This document shows positions 57,395 through 64,000 of a stretch of 64,000 nucleotides of DNA, one piece after another. This DNA comes from Patescibacteria group bacterium (lineage in GTDB: Bacteria; Patescibacteriota; Microgenomatia; UBA1400; PJMF01), in the NCBI GenBank assembly GCA_040879165.1, contig JBBDKV010000017.1:23739-87738 (forward strand), written 5' to 3'. Both the position numbers and the translations under genes were made by a program. The notes beneath the pieces were generated by a model. That model made no database searches. It was not told the origin of the DNA and saw nothing but the letters and a program-made list of their open reading frames with translations. How positions within the stretch are numbered: position 1 is the stretch's first letter; each line of letters starts with the position of its first letter.

Positions 57395-60300
57395 AATTCA
57401 TCGCATAGTACTAGCAGTTTTATTGATATTTTCAGGTTTGTTCCTGAACAATTCAGTTAGTAACGCTGCAGAAACCGCTCCAAATGTGAATGGTCGAGTG
57501 CGCCATGTTGACGGTATTACACCAATAACTAGTTTTGGTAACGCGAATATTTGGCTCGATTGGGAAGTGCTTGATAATTTGCAGGACACCGCAGCGCAGC
57601 GCAAAGAGCAAAATCCAGATGGCAGGCGTTTTGTCCGCACCTCTAGTGATGGTAGCTATACCTTTCCACACTACAATCCAACAGATGGTGAAAATAAAAG
57701 TATTTGGGAAACAGCTTCTGACTCATATACCTCAAAAAATTTGAATGAGCTGCTTGATCTTGCCAGAAATCAGAGTGATCGCTACAAAAGAATGCGGTAT
57801 GAATACCAAGCTTCCCACTGGTATAAATACGGGTGCCACCAAAATTCCCACATGCTTTCAGTTGTCACGCCAAATTCAGTATCAGGTCAAGGCGTTTTTA
57901 TCGCCTCTGATGGTGTGCCTAGCTCCACAAACCACTACACGACTGACCTTCCTCAGAGCTACCAATTTGATATGCCCAATGGCTCAAACAGCTTGGAATT
58001 TAATTTTAAGTGGTTGCCTACAGGGCAAACGCCAGTCTGTCCCGAAACACTGCCAGTACGATGCAACCCTCAAGTTCGAGACGCTGAGGGCAATATCCAA
58101 GCTACCATTTCCTGGAATCATCCTGCATACTCCACAGCAGCCTCAGGTGAAGAAAACGACGTCACTCAGTTTTTAGTTCGAGTTCATAACACAGCACTTA
58201 CCTGGGCAAATGATTTAAATTATCTTGTTGACCCAATGTATTCCGGCGGAGATACCAATCTACTCAATGGCAATAATCGCAATATCATGGTTAGAAGCAA
58301 TCTCACCAGCATTCCACTCTTCGTTACTCCAGGTCAAGAATATAATTGGTCAGTTCAACCTGGCAAAAGAGATTGGCCCGCACCACATGGTAGCCTTTGG
58401 AACAATGCCCCATACCAATCACCAAATAATTGTTTTGGAGTAGCGATACGGTGTAATGAGCCAACTACCGATCCAGACTCAGATTCTGAAGGAGAAACGT
58501 CGCAAGGCGAAATGCACACCCTTTCTTGTGCTAATTACGAAGGCGGTCAATCCAGTGCAATTAATTATCATCACCGCATTAACATCGATGCAGACAGCAC
58601 ATTCCTTGATACTTTTACAACAGGACAATTAGTTTTAGAATTTTCGGCTCCATCAGACAGTCAGTTAGCAGGAGTAATAGATGGTTTCTTCGGCAATCAA
58701 GTACTGTCTCAATCCACAGTAAATGGAAATACGGTAACGCGAGTTTCTCTTATAAACCTAGGACGTGAAGACTTTAAACAATCTTGGAGAGAGTGGTCAG
58801 TTGCTTCAATTCAGATTCCTGACACCCATCAATTTAGCAATGGTCAGACGATCAGCGACCTTGATACTCAATTACTCGCAGCGGGCATTGATTCAGTATT
58901 GCAAAATACTCGAGTAATTTTTCTCAACAATAGTCAAAACTCGGAAGGGGTTTTTGTTCATGCTCGACCATTAGAAATGGCGTGTCAAACATCAACGGGC
59001 GGCGTTCCAGCTGCATGTCCTGATCCAAATAGCTACAGTATTACACTAGACAATCCAACTCAAGTTGTTGATCGTGATAACCCGAATTTTTTGGTGAATT
59101 GGAATAGCTCACCCAGTCAATTATCAGGTGTCACAAACTACGAGGCACTACTTTTTAATAACCAACAAACCAACATTGATCAAGCATATGCGTCTCCGAA
59201 TGCACTTATAAAAAAGACTCCTGATGAATCAACGAAACAGGCATTATTTAGCATTGATGACATTAATGATCTCAATGATCATGAAATTGGCGTAGCAATT
59301 CGTCCTCTGGCTGGCGCACAAACTTGCCCCTGGACAAGAAACACCCTCACATTACAAGAGGAAGTTGATGTGAATTTTAGAGTCAAAGAGCCTGACACAG
59401 CCTGCATACCAACTGACTCACACCAACTGATATCAAACGGCCTACTTGGCAATTCCACAATCAATGGTGAACCAATAGCTGACAATCCAATGACACTAAA
59501 TTTTGACTACAATAGCAACAACAATAGGATTACTACCAATTTTATTAATACCGACTACTCATGCGCCAGCATGTGTAGCCGCACAAATTGCAATCCTTTG
59601 ATTGATTCTGACGAGCAAGAAATTGACATCCTTGTTCACACAGGTCAAATCTACTCAAGTTGGTGGCAGACTAGAGGCGGGCTTGTGTTCGCCCAACAAC
59701 AAATTAGGTCCAATCTTCCATTACTCAGCGAAGTCCTAAATCCACGTTGTAATGATCTAGAAAGCTGTGTTCCATTTATTATTCGCACTGATCGATTTAG
59801 CCCGACGCAAAGAAGAGAAGTCAATCGAACAGCTGGTATTCTTATGACTGATGGAGAGTTGCAAAATACGGCACTTGACGGCTCAAGTGTAAAGGGATGG
59901 GCAACTCAACGCCAACGAAATCAGTATGCAGAGGGTGCAAGCGCCCATATCGAATCTAACTATAGATATTCTGATTTTAGAACCTTGGTCAGTCCTCCTA
60001 ATGCTACAGCAAAAGCTTCCATATCATCTAGTGACATCACTTCACAGCAGGTTTCGCACTGGTCGGGTGAAGTTGAAATTCCAAACCCAATTCAAATTGA
60101 ACCAGGTGGTCAGCATATAGTATTTGTTGACGGTAACTTGTCAATCAACGCAGTTTCAGAAGGTCAAAAAATGATTACTGTGCCAAATGGATCTTTCTTA
60201 GCATTTATTGTCAATGGCAACATTACCTTCAATGGACTAGTTGGAAGTAGTGATTTTGAGAGTGAGGATCCCTTAGTAGAAGGAATATTTATGGCTGAGG

Positions 60301-60539
60301 AGAGCATAGTTATTAATTCTCTAGGAGCAGGTAATGATCTTAAATTCATCGGTGCCGGCAGCTTTATTGGATGGACTAATGTCAGTATGAACCGCAATTA
60401 CAATGACGTTGATAAGCCCGAAGAAGAACAATTCAATGATCTCTACGCTACAGAACTTTTTATACACCGTCCTGATTTGGTCATCAGTACCCCTGAAATT
60501 CTGAGGGAAGCGTCAGTAACTTGGCAAGAAGTCAATTAA
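57387..60539 (+). CDS. Large secreted/surface protein (1050 aa)
   Basis: Signal peptide, Cys pairs, C-terminal WWQTRGG...FVDGNLSI...PDL domain. Confidence 0.8.
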   Translation: MNKIHRIVLAVLLIFSGLFLNNSVSNAAETAPNVNGRVRHVDGITPITSFGNANIWLDWEVLDNLQDTAAQRKEQNPDGRRFVRTSSDGSYTFPHYNPTDGENKSIWETASDSYTSKNLNELLDLARNQSDRYKRMRYEYQASHWYKYGCHQNSHMLSVVTPNSVSGQGVFIASDGVPSSTNHYTTDLPQSYQFDMPNGSNSLEFNFKWLPTGQTPVCPETLPVRCNPQVRDAEGNIQATISWNHPAYSTAASGEENDVTQFLVRVHNTALTWANDLNYLVDPMYSGGDTNLLNGNNRNIMVRSNLTSIPLFVTPGQEYNWSVQPGKRDWPAPHGSLWNNAPYQSPNNCFGVAIRCNEPTTDPDSDSEGETSQGEMHTLSCANYEGGQSSAINYHHRINIDADSTFLDTFTTGQLVLEFSAPSDSQLAGVIDGFFGNQVLSQSTVNGNTVTRVSLINLGREDFKQSWREWSVASIQIPDTHQFSNGQTISDLDTQLLAAGIDSVLQNTRVIFLNNSQNSEGVFVHARPLEMACQTSTGGVPAACPDPNSYSITLDNPTQVVDRDNPNFLVNWNSSPSQLSGVTNYEALLFNNQQTNIDQAYASPNALIKKTPDESTKQALFSIDDINDLNDHEIGVAIRPLAGAQTCPWTRNTLTLQEEVDVNFRVKEPDTACIPTDSHQLISNGLLGNSTINGEPIADNPMTLNFDYNSNNNRITTNFINTDYSCASMCSRTNCNPLIDSDEQEIDILVHTGQIYSSWWQTRGGLVFAQQQIRSNLPLLSEVLNPRCNDLESCVPFIIRTDRFSPTQRREVNRTAGILMTDGELQNTALDGSSVKGWATQRQRNQYAEGASAHIESNYRYSDFRTLVSPPNATAKASISSSDITSQQVSHWSGEVEIPNPIQIEPGGQHIVFVDGNLSINAVSEGQKMITVPNGSFLAFIVNGNITFNGLVGSSDFESEDPLVEGIFMAEESIVINSLGAGNDLKFIGAGSFIGWTNVSMNRNYNDVDKPEEEQFNDLYATELFIHRPDLVISTPEILREASVTWQEVN

Positions 60540-60729
60540 CGTATTCTTTTTTTTCAAAACAAGATTGGAAGCATGCTGCTATGCAGAGCATGAGTGGTGG
60601 ATCTATTGCAATAAAATTCCGTGCGCATTTTGACTAAAGATCAAGCTGATTACACATGCAAAAAGAGCGTATATGCAACAAAGATTAAGAAGTAACGCCT
60701 GAGCTAGAATTCGTTGAAGTAACGACAGC

Positions 60730-61989
60730 CTATCTTGCCACAATTCTTAAGATTGCGTCATCTCCCCGCCTGACAGAACCTCGACCATCTCGATTGCTGG
60801 TACCAATATATATCGCGCCATCAGGACCTACCTCCACCACACGCACTCGTCCCACATCGACTTGTGGCATTTGTTCATGAGCAACCACTTGGGTGGGATC
60901 ATCAAGGTCAAAAACTACTCGATATAAGCCCGTGCCACGCAGACCCCCAAACAAAAAACTACCTCTCAGCTCTGGAATCAAATCAGCATCATAAAATGCA
61001 GCCGTAGCTGGCGCTACAGCCGGTGTATAGACTAGCAAACCCGTTTCCATACCTTCACCAGTCTGTTCGTGCGAGATCACTGGCCACCCATAGTTGCTAC
61101 CAGGTTGAATCAAATTAACCTCATCACCACCAGCAGGACCGTCAAAGACGCTTGGTCCATGTTCAGTAGAGTAGAGCTCATTTGTCAGAGGGTGCCATGC
61201 CAAACCTTGGGGATTGCGGTGACCAAAGCTATAGATCTCTGAAGCAGGAAAAGGGTTGTCATCCGGAATACTCCCATCCAAATTGAGTCTAATGATTTTG
61301 CCTGCCAGAGTATCCATATTTTGTGCTAAGTCACGTTCTAGAGCATCACCAACTGTTATAAACAGCTTTTCATCTGGACTGATCGCCAACTCACAGCCTG
61401 CATGATTGCGAGCAGAGGGCAGTTTATCAATGATTTCGTCAACAACTTCCACACTTGAGCCTTGGTCACGCGCAGCAATCACTTTATTGAAAATACCAGT
61501 TGGAGATTGATAGCCATAGCAAATATAGAGCAACTGATTTTGTTCATAATCAGGATGCGCGACCATGCCCATCATGCCAATTTCGCCATTACTCTGAACT
61601 TCATCCACCACCAGTAGTGGCGACTCTGTAAGTACACCTGCCACTACCTCACGAACTCTACCCGGTCGTTCAGTAATCAACATTCGCTCCGACCCAGTAA
61701 AAACAATACTCCAAGGAACCTCTAGACCTTCAACAACTGTTTCAATCTCTAAGTCTATATTTTCAGCAGAAATAAATGATTGTCGATAATCCTCAGCGCT
61801 GGTTGCCGCCATCTTGTCCTGATCGTCCTGGGCAGATTTTGACGAAGAGAGCTGTTCAGCCAATCGAGTGCTTCCGGGAATACTCACAGGCTCAGGTCGG
61901 TACAATGCCAAGTAATCAATTAACCAAACACCAAGCACTCCCGCAAGACAAAGCGTGGTACCGATAATGGCTTTTTTTGTGACTGTCAT
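60730..61989 (-). CDS. PQQ-dependent glucose/sorbosone dehydrogenase family
   Basis: GLEVPWSI, TERPGR, H.G..L, GHRNPQGL, EHGP, DEVN, NYGWP, GRVR. Confidence 0.92.
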   Translation of the reverse strand: MTVTKKAIIGTTLCLAGVLGVWLIDYLALYRPEPVSIPGSTRLAEQLSSSKSAQDDQDKMAATSAEDYRQSFISAENIDLEIETVVEGLEVPWSIVFTGSERMLITERPGRVREVVAGVLTESPLLVVDEVQSNGEIGMMGMVAHPDYEQNQLLYICYGYQSPTGIFNKVIAARDQGSSVEVVDEIIDKLPSARNHAGCELAISPDEKLFITVGDALERDLAQNMDTLAGKIIRLNLDGSIPDDNPFPASEIYSFGHRNPQGLAWHPLTNELYSTEHGPSVFDGPAGGDEVNLIQPGSNYGWPVISHEQTGEGMETGLLVYTPAVAPATAAFYDADLIPELRGSFLFGGLRGTGLYRVVFDLDDPTQVVAHEQMPQVDVGRVRVVEVGPDGAIYIGTSNRDGRGSVRRGDDAILRIVAR

Positions 61990-62027
61990 AGCAGGAGAAT
62001 AGCACAGGCTGCAGGCCTGTAAAAGTG

Positions 62028-62528
62028 TTAATCAGATATTTTTTCGATGAAAAAATTATTAATTGCCGTACGTACTGCACCTAACACATCCCCCTGAGGC
62101 TGAGTTGAATCTAGTACCTTTTCGTCAAGTCGCCAATTGCCAGACATACCAACAGCCTCTGAGTGTGTCAGTGAGCCATCGCTGCCTTCAGTAATTTGAT
62201 ACCGTATAATGTAGGGAACGTAAAAATCAGCATGTTGCGCCTCTTTCACCCGTACTATCTTCGCCTGTTGTCGCTCACCATCGACCATAATCAACCACGT
62301 CTGATTTTCTTGAGGAACGTCAGGTAAGCGCTTCATTTCAATTGCTTCAGAATCTTTTGGAGAGCTTAGAGTCTCATGCGTTTTTCCTGGTGACTTAGGT
62401 AAAAGTTTACGAAGTTTATTACTAATCACAGCACCAGCACCACCTAAAAACAAAGCCCCAGTCAAGCGGAAAAATTGCCTCCGCCCAATCTTCTCATCTC
62501 CTAAATCATTTGCCGTTTCCACCGCCAT
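62028..62528 (-). CDS. Hypothetical protein with twin-arginine-like N-terminus
   Basis: GRRQFF followed by a hydrophobic stretch. Confidence 0.65.
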   Translation of the reverse strand: MAVETANDLGDEKIGRRQFFRLTGALFLGGAGAVISNKLRKLLPKSPGKTHETLSSPKDSEAIEMKRLPDVPQENQTWLIMVDGERQQAKIVRVKEAQHADFYVPYIIRYQITEGSDGSLTHSEAVGMSGNWRLDEKVLDSTQPQGDVLGAVRTAINNFFIEKISD

Positions 62529-62587
62529 ACATTCTTTTTTTTCTGTTTATATCGTACCATTTCTCAGTCACGACAAAAAGTATCGCT

Positions 62588-63040
62588 CTACATTTGACCT
62601 AACCACAACCACGCTACGTACACACTCCCAACAATCGCTGCAACAGCTAGGCACTGCCAAAAAATTTGATAGGCAAAGTAGATCGAGTGATTTTGAAAAA
62701 TACTATAACCAAGAAGCGATTCAGGAGCATCAAGTTTTTTCTCCGCAAACTGCTGATTGAACCAATACTGCGTTTCACCAAGACTGCGCACAACCCAAAA
62801 TACCGAAAAAATAAGCCAAAATAACAGCCAGTCAGACAGCAAGAGACTACTCAAGCTAGCCAAAACCCAGAAAACACTGAACACAAGCGCATCGCCCCAA
62901 ACAAACGAGCCGAGCGGAAACAACCAGCGAGTCAAACCAAATGCAGTACGCTTAGTTTTGACTTGTTGCCAAGCAATGAGAAAAATAAACAGGTTCAATA
63001 GTAAAATAAAATATAAAAAAGTGTGCTGAATATACGTCAT
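62588..63040 (-). CDS. Hypothetical multi-pass membrane protein
   Basis: About four hydrophobic segments, Trp-rich. Confidence 0.72.
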   Translation of the reverse strand: MTYIQHTFLYFILLLNLFIFLIAWQQVKTKRTAFGLTRWLFPLGSFVWGDALVFSVFWVLASLSSLLLSDWLLFWLIFSVFWVVRSLGETQYWFNQQFAEKKLDAPESLLGYSIFQNHSIYFAYQIFWQCLAVAAIVGSVYVAWLWLGQM

Positions 63041-63210
63041 GACTGTTTGTCGTTTTCAATTACAGCAGGTGTCCTAATTCTGCACCTCAGGCATAGTATA
63101 CGCCACATCATATGTTTTTCACAATCCAGCATGCCATTTCCTACTTTGTGCAAGGATAGATAAATACCAAGTTGTTAGCAGACAATTGATCACTTATACT
63201 ATACATACCT

Positions 63211-63924
63211 ATGTTATCGATTGTCATACCCGCCTTCAATGAAGAAAAAAACGTATCAAAATGTCTTGATGCATTGTGCAGACAATCAACAGATCAAAAA
63301 TTTGAAGTAATCTTAGTGGATAATAACTCAACAGACAATACAGTTGGGATGGCAAAAGAATTTAGCGAAAAACTTAATTTAAAAATAGTCAAACAAGAAA
63401 AAAAGGGGAGAAGTCCAGCAAGAAAAAAAGGCTTTGATGTTGCCCGAGGGGAAATTATTTTTTCTACTGATGCTGATATCGTTGTCCCGTATAACTGGAT
63501 TCATGAGATGGTATCTTGTTTTGAAGATGAAAACATAGTTGCAGTAACAGGCAGGTGTTATATAGATGACTGCAACTGGCTTACCAACAAAATATTTAAT
63601 ACTTTCCATCCTCTTGCAATGCATCTTTACCGAGTGTTTTTTGGACATTATTGGCTTAATGGATTTAGTTTTGCCGTTCGAGCTTCGGTATATACTAAAT
63701 CAGGAGGTTTTGATTCTGAACTAAATGTACAAGAGGATGTTGATTTAGCTATTAAGCTGAGCAAATTAGGAAAAATTGAGTTTTTGGGAAAAGCGCCGGT
63801 TCACTTCTCAGGGAGGCGATTCAATCAACATGGATTACTTAAAGGACTTTGGCCATACCTCAAATCTTTTAGATTTTATCGACAGGGAAATAAAGCTGAG
63901 GCGTACCTTAGCGATGTGCGCTAA
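63211..63924 (+). CDS. GT2 family glycosyltransferase
   Basis: SIVIPAFNEE, VDNNSTD, TDAD, GGFD...ED. Confidence 0.93.
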   Translation: MLSIVIPAFNEEKNVSKCLDALCRQSTDQKFEVILVDNNSTDNTVGMAKEFSEKLNLKIVKQEKKGRSPARKKGFDVARGEIIFSTDADIVVPYNWIHEMVSCFEDENIVAVTGRCYIDDCNWLTNKIFNTFHPLAMHLYRVFFGHYWLNGFSFAVRASVYTKSGGFDSELNVQEDVDLAIKLSKLGKIEFLGKAPVHFSGRRFNQHGLLKGLWPYLKSFRFYRQGNKAEAYLSDVR

Positions 63925-64000
63925 AATTTTCGTGTAGTTGTGGAGCGGGAGACGCAAATTATTTTGAACTCCAGCTTGAGCCGCCCCAGGCGTATTTTAA

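Noticed and set aside
62028-62528. Evidence of Tat export from the RRQFF motif
   Set aside because: No tat genes in the window; the motif may only be a positive-inside anchor signal.

Overview
Bacterial chromosomal window using genetic code 11. Gene content and style (Elp3, EF-P/EpmA, PIF1, FIST signalling, many -10 boxes placed just upstream of start codons, large secreted proteins) suggest Patescibacteria/CPR, probably Microgenomates; this is inference. It holds about 60 CDS, six tRNAs (His-GUG, Arg-UCU, Gly-UCC, Leu-UAA, Pro-UGG, Gln-UUG), an IS200-type element and two damaged genes. The main discovery is at 1-16 kb. A large serine recombinase (LSR) gene reads into the antisense strand of tRNA-His. 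Four intergenic 33-bp sites (1083, 4510, 5957, 7458) align with that junction and are conserved at codon level, reading G-x-[VI]-R-E-x-V-x-x-L-F, as expected for detached recombinase C-terminal tails (attP-like halves). They divide the DNA into gene cassettes: FIST two-component module, AbiEii-type TA plus RidA, an IS200-split nucleotidyltransferase-like gene, and an 8.5-kb RM/integrase element. This looks like an integron-like, tRNA-anchored cassette array built by a serine recombinase. Other highlights: a structured leader RNA on the LSR gene, a divergent Elp3/Trm9-like pair, a VKOR-DHODH fusion, a NUDIX/CYTH/NDT-like cluster, and recurrent degenerate tRNA copies carrying a CCCCGC-N3/4-GCGGGG hairpin. 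All calls were made by eye; no database search was run.
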